Source: Candidatus Udaeobacter sp.
Lineage (GTDB): Bacteria > Patescibacteriota > Patescibacteriia > Magasanikbacterales > GWA2-37-8
DNA: 64,000 bases
Assembly: GCA_035473115.1 (NCBI GenBank)
Contig: DATION010000003.1
Span: forward strand, 3,264 to 67,263
Direction of reading: 5' to 3'
Shown here: positions 47,625 through 56,408 of the stretch, in pieces
Position numbering within the stretch: the stretch's first letter is position 1
How the letters are laid out: every line of letters starts with the position of its first letter
The notes under the pieces: generated by a model
What the model saw: only the letters and a program-made list of their open reading frames with translations
Databases searched by the model: none
Told to the model about the DNA's origin: nothing
Made by a program: the position numbers and the translations under genes

Positions 47625-48360
47625 AGCTTTGCGGGTTTTGAATTTTTTTATCATTTAAGAAGAAAGTAGGCGTGCCATCAACCTCGCTGGCACCACTCTG
47701 ATAGGATGCTTGAATTTTTGCTTTGGTCGCGGTAGAACCAAAATCTGTTTTAAATTTATTTATATCCAATTTAAGTGTCTGCGCGTAGGCGGTAAATATA
47801 TTTTCCGGAGCAGTAGATCCTTCCCAGCTGGTTTGATTATCAAATAGCAGATTGTGCATTTCCCAGAATTTGCCTTGTTGGCCGGCAGCTTCGGCTGCTT
47901 GCGCTGCTGGCCAGGCGTTGACGTGTTGGGACAGAGGGAAATATCTATAAACTATAGCCAGGTTTTTAAATTCTTGACCAAGCTGTTTGACCATTGGGTA
48001 ATAAGCGAGACAAGCCGGACATTGAAAGTCGCTGTATTCTATCAAAGTTACTTTGGCGTCTTTTAAAGGCGCGCCTTTGACCCAATCGTTTTGATCGGCT
48101 GATTTTACACTGCCGCCTACAAATTCGGCAGCAGGATTTTTTGAGTTTAACCAGATCATCAAAGCTATAGTTCCGGCAATAAAAATAATTATTGCCGACC
48201 AGAGTATTATTCGGGTTGTTTTTGTTTTTTTCTCATTTGATTCACGCTTGGCGAGCTTTTCTTGTCGGCGCAGTTCGTGACGTTCTTTTTTGCTCAAGTT
48301 TTGGTCAGTTGATTCCATAGTGGAAAATATATAAGTAATATATACAAAATTATAGTACAA
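47578..48360 (-). CDS. DsbA-like thioredoxin-fold oxidoreductase with a membrane anchor.
   Basis: N-terminal transmembrane segment. CPAC active site within IEYSDFQCPACLAY. Confidence 0.8.
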   Translation of the reverse strand: MYYNFVYITYIFSTMESTDQNLSKKERHELRRQEKLAKRESNEKKTKTTRIILWSAIIIFIAGTIALMIWLNSKNPAAEFVGGSVKSADQNDWVKGAPLKDAKVTLIEYSDFQCPACLAYYPMVKQLGQEFKNLAIVYRYFPLSQHVNAWPAAQAAEAAGQQGKFWEMHNLLFDNQTSWEGSTAPENIFTAYAQTLKLDINKFKTDFGSTATKAKIQASYQSGASEVDGTPTFFLNDKKIQNPQSYDEFRNIIQQAGGAI

Positions 48361-48448
48361 ATTGAGGAAAAGTCAATTAACAAATAATTAAGTAAATATT
48401 TGCGCAATAGTTAGTATAGGCATTGTTTTTTTACTTAAAACTAGCTTT

Positions 48449-49510
48449 TTGTTATACTTATTAAATATGTCAGTAATCTTATTTAAAAAACTGAATGTTT
48501 TAGTTTTGGCAGCAGTAGCCGTAGCCTTTTTTATTGGCGGATGGACAGTAAATAACAAATACTTTAGCAGTAGAAAAGAGGAAAATGAAAAACCTATGGC
48601 TTTGCGGCTGGGCGGGTACAAGTACACTTCGCCGTTATTGCTCTGCGATGCCAATTCTAACAAACAGTCAGTCAGTTTAAATAGTTTAAAAAATAGGCTG
48701 CAAAATGTGGTGAATAATGAAATAAAGAATAAGAACATTACCACCGCCTCTATATATTTTCGTGATTTAAAGAGTGGAGGGCAAGTCGATATAAATAGCG
48801 ATGAGAAGTTTTATCCATCGAGCTTGCGCAAAGTGCCCTTGATGATCGCAGTATTTAAAGCTGCCGAGGCAAATCCGGGGCAGCTTGATAAATTAACTGT
48901 TATTTTTAAAGACCCGGATCAGAATATTGGACAAGAAATAAAACCAGCAGATTTTGCTAAAAAAGATAAAACTTATACTCTAAGCAATTTGCTAGAAAAA
49001 ATGGTTAAGTATTCGGATAATAACGCCACTTTTGTTTTTACAAATTTACTTGGCATTGATTCTATCAAAACAATTTATAATGATTTACAGGTGCCATTTC
49101 TTGTCCCTAGTTCAAATTCTTCCAGCAGCGCGGAGATTGATTTTATGACCACAAATAAATTCGCTTTCTTCTTTAGGATTTTGTACAACTCAACTTATCT
49201 AAATGGAGATCTTTCAGAAAAGGCGTTAAAGTTGCTAACCGACACAGATTTTAAGGATGGTTTGGTGGCAGGTGTGCCTCAAGGTACGGTTGTGGCTCAT
49301 AAATTCGGCCTTACTTCTCTGGGAGATAAGCATGGCAATATTGCTAGTCGTGAACTACATGATTGTGGCATAGTTTATTATCCGGATAATCCCTATCTTG
49401 TATGTGTCATGACAAAAAGTACGGCCGATATTCCGCATGTAGAAAAAACCATCAGTAATATTTCCGCAGCCGCTTATCAAGAGTTTACAAATATTTTAAA
49501 AAATAGATAA
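48449..49510 (+). CDS. Class A beta-lactamase-like serine hydrolase.
   Basis: SLRK (SxxK), YSDNN (SDN) and a degenerate KFG triad in place of KTG. Signal anchor. Confidence 0.55.
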   Translation: MLYLLNMSVILFKKLNVLVLAAVAVAFFIGGWTVNNKYFSSRKEENEKPMALRLGGYKYTSPLLLCDANSNKQSVSLNSLKNRLQNVVNNEIKNKNITTASIYFRDLKSGGQVDINSDEKFYPSSLRKVPLMIAVFKAAEANPGQLDKLTVIFKDPDQNIGQEIKPADFAKKDKTYTLSNLLEKMVKYSDNNATFVFTNLLGIDSIKTIYNDLQVPFLVPSSNSSSSAEIDFMTTNKFAFFFRILYNSTYLNGDLSEKALKLLTDTDFKDGLVAGVPQGTVVAHKFGLTSLGDKHGNIASRELHDCGIVYYPDNPYLVCVMTKSTADIPHVEKTISNISAAAYQEFTNILKNR

Positions 49511-49527
49511 AGAAAAATTTAATTTAA

Positions 49528-49560
49528 AAAATCTACCTGATCCAGAGGTAGATTTTTTAT
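49528..49560. terminator. Bidirectional intrinsic terminator.
   Basis: aaaaaatctacctg atcc agaggtagatttttt. Confidence 0.65.
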
Positions 49561-49792
49561 TTGGATTATAGGGTAAGGCTGTAAATTATCTGGTTAATTT
49601 AATATCTCATAGTGGTTGACAATTATTGCTTTTGAGTGTATCCTGTAGCAGTTGTTCGGCGGGCATGATGCTTGTCGAATTTGATAATAAATAAGGAGGT
49701 GTTTGGTTACTAGGTACTTACCCGATAGTTCGGATGTTTGGTAGGATTATCACGACGCAAGAAACTCGTAGAATCACAGAAAAGGAAAGACA

Positions 49793-50656
49793 GTGCAAAA
49801 ACTACGTAACGGTTTCTCTCTCGGACATGTGGGGCAATTCGTAATCGCTCTCATGCTCCTCGTGCTTCCACTGGGCGCGCTCTCCTCGTGCGCCGTCAAC
49901 GGTTCGCAAACTGATACCGCAACCCAAGCGGTCACCGCCACTCTACCGCCTGCGTTGGCGGCTTATGAGTTTGGTGAGGGCAGTGGCAGGTTGGTCGCTG
50001 ACAGCTCGTGCAACGGACATAATGGAGTAATCAATGGCGCGAGGTGGGTCACGCCTTCGCCGTTCACGACTCCGGATCTGGACTTTGGATTCGCGCTGAA
50101 TTTTCGAACCGGCCGTAAGGATTCGGTCGAAATCGACAACTTCGGCTTGAACGGAGCGACCCAGGCGACTTGGTCGGCTTGGGTACTGCCCGTTTTCAAT
50201 CCGCCCGGCGGCCAGCACGGCCACATTATTTCCAAGAGTGGCTCATTCAATTTGAAGACGAGTACGGCTGTTGGAGGCGATCCAACTCAGCCGCACTTCG
50301 CTTGTGAGCTCTTGTTGGATAACGGTGGTTCGATCCAACAGAATAGTGTGTCATTCCGTCACTTGGGCGAGATGGTACACGTGGCCTGTGTGTACAATGG
50401 GGAACTGGGAGTGTTGGATATCTATGTCAACGGGCAAAAAGACAACGGAGTCTTGACTGGTACGACTACCGATATTCCAACGCAACTCAGGTCGTCTTGT
50501 ACGCCAACCAACGTCGGGAGGGCGGACGAAGGCTATGAGTTCTGGGGCGTGATCGACAATGTCCGCCTCTACCTGTATGACCTGGCGCTGGAACAGGTCC
50601 AGCTCGACATGCTCACACCGGTCGGACCGCCCGACTGCACCGTAACTACGAACTAG
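49793..50656 (+). CDS. LamG/concanavalin-A-like lectin-fold lipoprotein (LamG_3-type), encoded on a GC-rich segment.
   Basis: GTG start with Shine-Dalgarno AAGGAAAG. Lipobox LGALSSC. C-terminal FWGVIDNVRLYLYDLALEQV matches the LamG_3 signature. About 58% GC. Confidence 0.6.
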   Translation: MQKLRNGFSLGHVGQFVIALMLLVLPLGALSSCAVNGSQTDTATQAVTATLPPALAAYEFGEGSGRLVADSSCNGHNGVINGARWVTPSPFTTPDLDFGFALNFRTGRKDSVEIDNFGLNGATQATWSAWVLPVFNPPGGQHGHIISKSGSFNLKTSTAVGGDPTQPHFACELLLDNGGSIQQNSVSFRHLGEMVHVACVYNGELGVLDIYVNGQKDNGVLTGTTTDIPTQLRSSCTPTNVGRADEGYEFWGVIDNVRLYLYDLALEQVQLDMLTPVGPPDCTVTTN

Positions 50657-50748
50657 TTCTTTCCGCCAGGGACTACAATGTCCCGACCCGTGCCACTGAG
50701 GTGGTGCGGGCTTTGTTTTTTTATTTAAAATAAGAATTTTTGAAAAAT

Positions 50749-50779
50749 AAAAAACCGTCTTAAATTTAAGATGGTTTTT
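50749..50779. terminator. Terminator-like hairpin with one mismatch, lying between the LamG gene and tRNA-Pro.
   Basis: aaaaaccgtctta aattt aagatggtttttt. Confidence 0.45.
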
Positions 50780-50785
50780 TATTTG

Positions 50786-50859
50786 TCGGGGTAGTGGGAC
50801 TTGAACCCACAATCCCCTGGTCCCAAACCAGGTGCTCTAGCCAATTGAGCCATACCCCG
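50786..50859 (-). tRNA. tRNA-Pro with anticodon TGG.
   Basis: The reverse complement folds with acceptor CGGGGTA / TACCCCG, anticodon loop TTTGGGA and T-arm GTGGG TTCAAGT CCCAC. Confidence 0.85.
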
Positions 50860-50924
50860 TATTTAAGTTGTAATTTTAATTTGTCGTGGGACGCTTAGCG
50901 TCCCAAGCACAACGCTTAGCGTTG

Positions 50925-50996
50925 TGCCGCGGGTCAGAGTCGAACTGACCACGCCAGCCTCTTCAGGGCTGCGCTCTACCGATGAGCTACCGCGGC
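50925..50996 (-). tRNA. tRNA-Phe with anticodon GAA.
   Basis: Acceptor GCCGCGG / CCGCGGC, anticodon loop CTGAAGA and T-arm GTCAG TTCGACT CTGAC. Confidence 0.85.
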
Positions 50997-51052
50997 TCCT
51001 GCTCTTGATTGTTGTGGGACGCTTAGCGTTCCAATTACAACGCTGAGCGTTG

Positions 51053-51125
51053 TGGACCCTATCGGGCTTGAACCGATCACCCCCGCGTTGCAAACGCGGT
51101 GCTCTACCAAATGAGCTAAGGGCCC
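51053..51125 (-). tRNA. tRNA-Ala with anticodon TGC.
   Basis: Acceptor GGGCCCT / AGGGTCC with the G3:U70 identity pair. Anticodon loop TTTGCAA. T-arm ATCGG TTCAAGC CCGAT. Confidence 0.85.
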
Positions 51126-51302
51126 TAAAAAGTAAAAATATTCTACCAGTAAGTGTTTATAAAGTCAACAATTTATAATGGTTTATGGCAATGGTGATAA
51201 ATTCGCCCATTTTTTGTGAAGGCAAAAGCTGGCAAACGTACTCTTAAAATGATATACTTAATACAATATAAAAGAAAATTATTTTATTAAATAATACATT
51301 GT

Positions 51303-51716
51303 ATGTCAGAAGTTTATATGGTTTTGCGTGTGTTGTTAGCTCTGTTTTTAGGCGGAATGTTGGGTTGGCAAAGAGAGCGCTGGGGAAAATGGGCTGGTCC
51401 AAGAACTTACGCTTTGGTGGCTGGCGGCTCGGCTCTTTTTACAATTTTATCTGTTATTGCTTTTGGCACAGATATCTCTCATATTGCTTCTCAAGTAGTG
51501 GCGGGAATCGGGTTTTTGGGCGCAGGCACAATTTTACATAAAGAAAACAGAGTTGAAGGCTTAACTACGGCTGCCGGAATGTGGATGGCAGCGGCCATTG
51601 GTATGGCAGTGGGGGTAGAGTATTATATTTTGGCAATAGCGGTGAGCTTGTTGGTACTTTGTATTTTTATGTTTGATGATAGAAAATATCAAACCAGATC
51701 TGAGAATAAAGATTAA
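51303..51716 (+). CDS. mgtC: MgtC/SapB-family membrane protein.
   Basis: WQRERW...GIGFLGAGTIL...TTAAGMWMAAAIGMAVG matches the MgtC signature. Confidence 0.85.
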   Translation: MSEVYMVLRVLLALFLGGMLGWQRERWGKWAGPRTYALVAGGSALFTILSVIAFGTDISHIASQVVAGIGFLGAGTILHKENRVEGLTTAAGMWMAAAIGMAVGVEYYILAIAVSLLVLCIFMFDDRKYQTRSENKD

Positions 51717-51732
51717 TTTATTCGTTTTTTTT

Positions 51733-54168
51733 ATGCAAAAAGGATTGACTAATGCAGAGGTAAAAGAACGCTGTCTTCGTTTTGGCTTAAATCAACTGAC
51801 CTCCAAAGAGATACGCTGGTATCATATAGCTCTTAGTCAATTTAAAAATCCTTTCATTTTTCTTTTGGCTGCGGCAGCCGGAGCCTCCTTTGTTTTAGGC
51901 GAAGAAATTGATGGTGTTTTTATAATTATTTTTATTTTAACCAATGCCATACTTGGTTTTTGGCAGGAAAATCATTCTGCCCACGCGTTGCGTGATTTAA
52001 AAAAATATATCACCGAAAAAACTCATGTAATCAGAGAAGGTAAAGAAGTCTTTATTGATGTGATAGATTTGGTAGTTGATGATATTGTGATGCTGCAAGC
52101 CGGAGACAAAATTCCGGCTGATATTAAATTTTTGGAAAGCCGGGGATTGCTAGTGGATGAATCTATTTTAACCGGTGAATCCGCACCAGCAGCCAAAAGC
52201 ACTGAAGGAGAAAATAATCTAGGTTTTTCCGGTACACTGTTAGTTTCCGGCAATGCTACAGCTATAGTTTTGGCAACCGGCAATAATACCGAAATAGGAA
52301 AGATTGCTAAACTTACTTTAGAAACGGTGAGTGACAGCGCTTTTCAGCGAGAAATGAAATCTTTCAGTTCTTTTATTTTGCGGTTGGTAGTTATTTCTAT
52401 TTTGGCTTTATTTTTATTTAAATTTTTTACTCGTGGCGCCGGGTTTAATTTTGTAGAATTTATAATTTTTGCTATTGCTTTGTCTGTGGGAGTTATACCG
52501 GAGGCTTTGCCGCTAGTGATTACCACTGCTTTATCGAGAGGCGCTTTGCAACTAGCTAAAAAACATGTGGTGCCAAAAAGACTTTCGGCCATTGAAGATT
52601 TGGGAAATATTGATATTTTGTGCACCGATAAAACCGGCACTATTACAGAAAACGAAATGAAAATGGATGATATTTTGGAAACTAAAAAAGACGGAACTTT
52701 GCGTTACGCGCTATTAGCATCTAACTATGAAGAGAAAAAAGAGACCGGTCAGAATTCTTTTGATACAGCTCTTTGGGATCATGCTACTCATAACTTGCAG
52801 ACAGAAGTTAAGCGGATAAAAAAAATAGCGGAAATGCCTTTTGATCCGGAGCGCCGCCGTAATTCTGTATTAGTGCAAGATGGTGAGCAAGGTAAATTGG
52901 TGGTGCGAGGCGCGCCAGAAGAGCTGATTAATCTATGTTCAGAGTTTGAAGATTATAATAAAAAAGAAATTTTGGAGAAAATAAAAGCCTATGGCTTAGA
53001 AGGCAAACGGGTTTTGGCTATTGCCTTTAAAGAGATTGCAGGTAGTTTGGCAGATTTAGAAAAAATTGATTTAAAGAAAGAAGAAAACAAACTTACTTTT
53101 GTCGGTTTGGCAGTATTCGCCGATCCGCTGAAATCTTCGGCTATGAAAGCGATAAAAGAGGCTGGGCATTTGGGAGTACAGGTAAAAATCATTTCCGGAG
53201 ACAGCAAAGAAGTTACGGGCAGTGTAGCTTATAAAATTGGCTTAATAAGTTCTCCAGAAAAAGTAATTACCGGTTCGGAATTGGAACAGATGGGAGAAGA
53301 GGCTCATCAAGCAGTTTTGGAGTATCATGCGTTTGCTCGAGTTTCGCCCGTACAAAAATTTAATATTATAAATTTATTAAAAGGCAAACATTTTGTAGGG
53401 TTTTTGGGTGAAGGCTTTAATGATTTGCCGGCTCTTAAAACTGCCAGTGTGGCGCTAGTGGTAAATAACGCTTCTGATATTGCTAAAGATACAGCTGATA
53501 TTATTTTGTTGAATAAAAGTTTAATGGTAATTATAGACGGCATAAAAGAAGGCCGAAGAATTTTTGTTAACAGTTTTAAGTATATTAAAACTACTTTGGC
53601 CGGTAATTTTGGCAATTTTTATGCCTTAGTTTTTGCTTCTTTACTAGTTCCTTTTTTGCCGATGCTGCCCCTGCAAATTTTGCTTTTAAATTTTCTAACT
53701 GATTTTCCAATGATTGCTATTGGTACGGATAATGTTGATTTAAAGGAACTGCGCAAGCCCAAAGGTTTTCAGATCAAAGAAGTGGTTTTGCTCTGCACTA
53801 TTTTGGGATTAGTAAGCACTGGTTTTGACTTTGCTTTTTTTGGCTATTTTTATCGGTTTGGCGAACAAAATTTGCAAACCATGTGGTTTATTGGCAGTGT
53901 GTTAACAGAATTTCTGCTTATTTTTTCTATGCGTCGCCAGGGTTTCTTTCTTAAAGGCGCTCGCCCGGGTAAATGGATATTGGGACTGACAGTTTTTTTG
54001 GTGCCGTTTAGTTTGGCTTTGCCCTACATAAGAATAGCGAGAGAAATTTTTTCTTTTAAAGTTCAGCCGCTTTCTTCGATGGTAGTAGGACTTATTTTGG
54101 TTGTTGCCTATTTGGCAGTCAATGAAATAGTAAAATTACTTTATTATCGCCGTTTTGCTAAGCGGTAA
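51733..54168 (+). CDS. P-type ATPase, MgtA/MgtB-like cation transporter.
   Basis: DKTGTIT phosphorylation motif and the TGES-like TGESAP. It follows mgtC, as in mgtCB operons. The start was set at the internal Met to avoid overlap with mgtC. Confidence 0.85.
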   Translation: MQKGLTNAEVKERCLRFGLNQLTSKEIRWYHIALSQFKNPFIFLLAAAAGASFVLGEEIDGVFIIIFILTNAILGFWQENHSAHALRDLKKYITEKTHVIREGKEVFIDVIDLVVDDIVMLQAGDKIPADIKFLESRGLLVDESILTGESAPAAKSTEGENNLGFSGTLLVSGNATAIVLATGNNTEIGKIAKLTLETVSDSAFQREMKSFSSFILRLVVISILALFLFKFFTRGAGFNFVEFIIFAIALSVGVIPEALPLVITTALSRGALQLAKKHVVPKRLSAIEDLGNIDILCTDKTGTITENEMKMDDILETKKDGTLRYALLASNYEEKKETGQNSFDTALWDHATHNLQTEVKRIKKIAEMPFDPERRRNSVLVQDGEQGKLVVRGAPEELINLCSEFEDYNKKEILEKIKAYGLEGKRVLAIAFKEIAGSLADLEKIDLKKEENKLTFVGLAVFADPLKSSAMKAIKEAGHLGVQVKIISGDSKEVTGSVAYKIGLISSPEKVITGSELEQMGEEAHQAVLEYHAFARVSPVQKFNIINLLKGKHFVGFLGEGFNDLPALKTASVALVVNNASDIAKDTADIILLNKSLMVIIDGIKEGRRIFVNSFKYIKTTLAGNFGNFYALVFASLLVPFLPMLPLQILLLNFLTDFPMIAIGTDNVDLKELRKPKGFQIKEVVLLCTILGLVSTGFDFAFFGYFYRFGEQNLQTMWFIGSVLTEFLLIFSMRRQGFFLKGARPGKWILGLTVFLVPFSLALPYIRIAREIFSFKVQPLSSMVVGLILVVAYLAVNEIVKLLYYRRFAKR

Positions 54169-54247
54169 TAAGAAGTAAAAGTATTTTTTTGATTTGTTTG
54201 TAGTATAAAATAAGATTGTAATTTTAATTATTAATACTTAAAAAATT

Positions 54248-54556
54248 ATGGCCTGGTATAATTTCGTCGCCTGTTTTTTCTTGGGTGTATTTTTGATAAA
54301 TTCACTGCCGCATTTAGTTCACGGTGTTTCTGGTGATAGATTTCCTACTCCTTTTGCCAAACCACCAGGCAAGGGCTTATCATCGCCAATACTAAATGTA
54401 GTTTGGGCTTTGATTAATATTGTAGTCTGTTTTCTTTTATACAAAGCAGCCAAGATTTCCATGTCCAATATTTGGACAGTAATCCTGTTTGCAGCCGGAT
54501 TTATTATAATGAGTTTTAGGTTGAGCTCTGTACTGACAAATAAATTAAATTCTTAA
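54248..54556 (+). CDS. Hypothetical small membrane protein.
   Basis: 102 aa with three transmembrane segments. Confidence 0.4.
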   Translation: MAWYNFVACFFLGVFLINSLPHLVHGVSGDRFPTPFAKPPGKGLSSPILNVVWALINIVVCFLLYKAAKISMSNIWTVILFAAGFIIMSFRLSSVLTNKLNS

Positions 54557-54559
54557 AAA

Positions 54560-54592
54560 TAAAATACGTCCGATTAAGGACGTATTTTATTT
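54560..54592. terminator. Bidirectional intrinsic terminator.
   Basis: aaataaaatacgtcc gattaa ggacgtattttatttt. Confidence 0.6.
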
Positions 54593-54604
54593 TGAAATTA
54601 TTTT

Positions 54605-55672
54605 TTATTCTTCAGTTGGTGGCGGTACTTCGCCTTCGTCGGCAGATTCTTCGTCAAGAGTTTCGCCTCTTTCCACTGCTTCCCAAATTGCTTTGGAAAC
54701 AGCTTTGAGAACTTTTGGATTATCTTTTAAGAATCTTTTGGCTGTTTCTCTGCCTACACCCAGTTTTTCTTCACCGTAAGAATAAGAGTTACCGGACTTG
54801 TTAATTACTTTGTAAATTACGCCATTGTCCAAGATGTCTCCGGAAACGGAAATACCTTCGTTATACATGATATCAAATTCACAAGTTCGGAAAGGAGCAG
54901 CTACTTTATTTTTTACTACTTTAACTTTAACTCGGTTGCCGATAATTTTATCACCTTGTTTAATTTGGGCCGCGCGTCTGACTTCAATTCTAACGGAAGA
55001 GTAAAACTTCAGAGCCATACCGCCGGTAGTTGTTTCCGGATTGCCGAAAACAATGCCGATTTTCATTCTGATCTGATTGATAAAGATAACAACTGTTTTT
55101 GACTTACTAATTATACCAGTTAATTTACGAAGTGCTTGACTCATCAGTCTGGCTTGCAGGCCCATATGAGAATCACCCATGTCGCCTTCAATTTCGGCTT
55201 TTGGCACCAAAGCGGCCACTGAGTCCACGACAATTACGTCTACTGCATTGGAGCGCACCAAAGTTTCAACTATTTCTAAAGCTTGTTCGCCAGTATCAGG
55301 TTGAGAAATCAAAAGTTCGTCTACCTTTACACCGATTTTTTTGGCATAATCTGGATCTAAAGCATGTTCAGCATCCACAAAAGCGGCAATGCCGCCCAGT
55401 TTTTGCACCTCAGAAACGATATGTTGAGCCAGAGTAGTTTTACCACTGGCTTCCGGGCCATAAATTTCAATGATACGGCCGCGTGGTACTCCGCCAACTC
55501 CCAAAGCGATATCAAGTGATAAACAGCCGGTAGGTACGGCATCCACATCGCTGGTTTTGGCCTCGCCAAATTTCATTATTGCTCCATCGCCGAATTTACT
55601 TTTGATCTGTTCGATCGCGCTTTCCGCGGCCTTGAGTTTCTCCTTTACCTCGTCGGATATTTGTTTCGGCAT
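54605..55672 (-). CDS. recA: Recombinase RecA.
   Basis: Walker [12 protein letters not shown] and canonical RecA sequence throughout. Confidence 0.97.
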   Translation of the reverse strand: MPKQISDEVKEKLKAAESAIEQIKSKFGDGAIMKFGEAKTSDVDAVPTGCLSLDIALGVGGVPRGRIIEIYGPEASGKTTLAQHIVSEVQKLGGIAAFVDAEHALDPDYAKKIGVKVDELLISQPDTGEQALEIVETLVRSNAVDVIVVDSVAALVPKAEIEGDMGDSHMGLQARLMSQALRKLTGIISKSKTVVIFINQIRMKIGIVFGNPETTTGGMALKFYSSVRIEVRRAAQIKQGDKIIGNRVKVKVVKNKVAAPFRTCEFDIMYNEGISVSGDILDNGVIYKVINKSGNSYSYGEEKLGVGRETAKRFLKDNPKVLKAVSKAIWEAVERGETLDEESADEGEVPPPTEE

Positions 55673-55691
55673 ATCTCTATAAATATATGTT

Positions 55692-56399
55692 TTAATTATT
55701 AAAATTTGTTTTTAAACCTTCGGCAGTCAGAGCGCTAGATTTAACAATTATGTTACGGGTGATAGTGGTTACTTTTCCATGTTTTTTGATTGCTGATATG
55801 GTAATAGTATTTACGCCGTTTGACAAGTCTAGTGGAATTTCGAATTTGCCATCATCATTGGCCATCACATCTTTGCCATTAACAGTTAAACGAACTTCTT
55901 TTTCTGTCTCACCTTGTACTAGCGTAGTAGGTTTGCTGGAAATATAGCCATCAGTCGGAGTATAGACAATTAATTTTGGTAATTGCAGAACGCCGTTTAC
56001 TTGCCAAGCTAAATAACCAATAAATCCGGCTAGTAAAATAACTGCGCCAATGTTTTTAAATATATTTGTTAAGGAGCTGAGCGAGCCAAAAGCCAGAGCG
56101 CGGCGCGGATGAGAAGGAATATCATCGGTTAAATCTGATTCTTGAGAAAATTGGTAGAGCAGGCTGGCCGGGTTTAAATTTAAATCCTCGGCATATTCTC
56201 TGATGTAGGCGAGGCGATGAGCTTTGGTTTGCGGCAGTTCTTTAAAGTGCCCTAGCTCAATAGCTTCCAAATACTTTAAAGGTATTCGGCTTTTTTGGCA
56301 AATATCATCTAAACTTAAACCTTGTTTTTCACGCTCTTTTTTTAAGCGTTCGCCTACTCGAGTTAAAGATTCTAATTTTTTGAGACAGAAGATAGGCAT
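55692..56399 (-). CDS. RodZ/YmfM-like membrane protein with an XRE-type HTH, a transmembrane segment and a beta-rich C-terminal domain.
   Basis: N-terminal [25 protein letters not shown], then a transmembrane segment, then a C-terminal domain. Its position just upstream of recA is a conserved context for YmfM/RodZ-like genes. Confidence 0.6.
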   Translation of the reverse strand: MPIFCLKKLESLTRVGERLKKEREKQGLSLDDICQKSRIPLKYLEAIELGHFKELPQTKAHRLAYIREYAEDLNLNPASLLYQFSQESDLTDDIPSHPRRALAFGSLSSLTNIFKNIGAVILLAGFIGYLAWQVNGVLQLPKLIVYTPTDGYISSKPTTLVQGETEKEVRLTVNGKDVMANDDGKFEIPLDLSNGVNTITISAIKKHGKVTTITRNIIVKSSALTAEGLKTNFNN

Positions 56400-56408
56400 A
56401 ATTTATTC

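Noticed and set aside
51130-51302. Possible Mg2+ riboswitch (M-box) upstream of mgtC.
   Set aside because: I looked for the conserved M-box core (GUUAGGUGAGGCUCC..) and for an extended structured leader. Neither is present, and the ~170 nt upstream of mgtC is AT-rich and unstructured.
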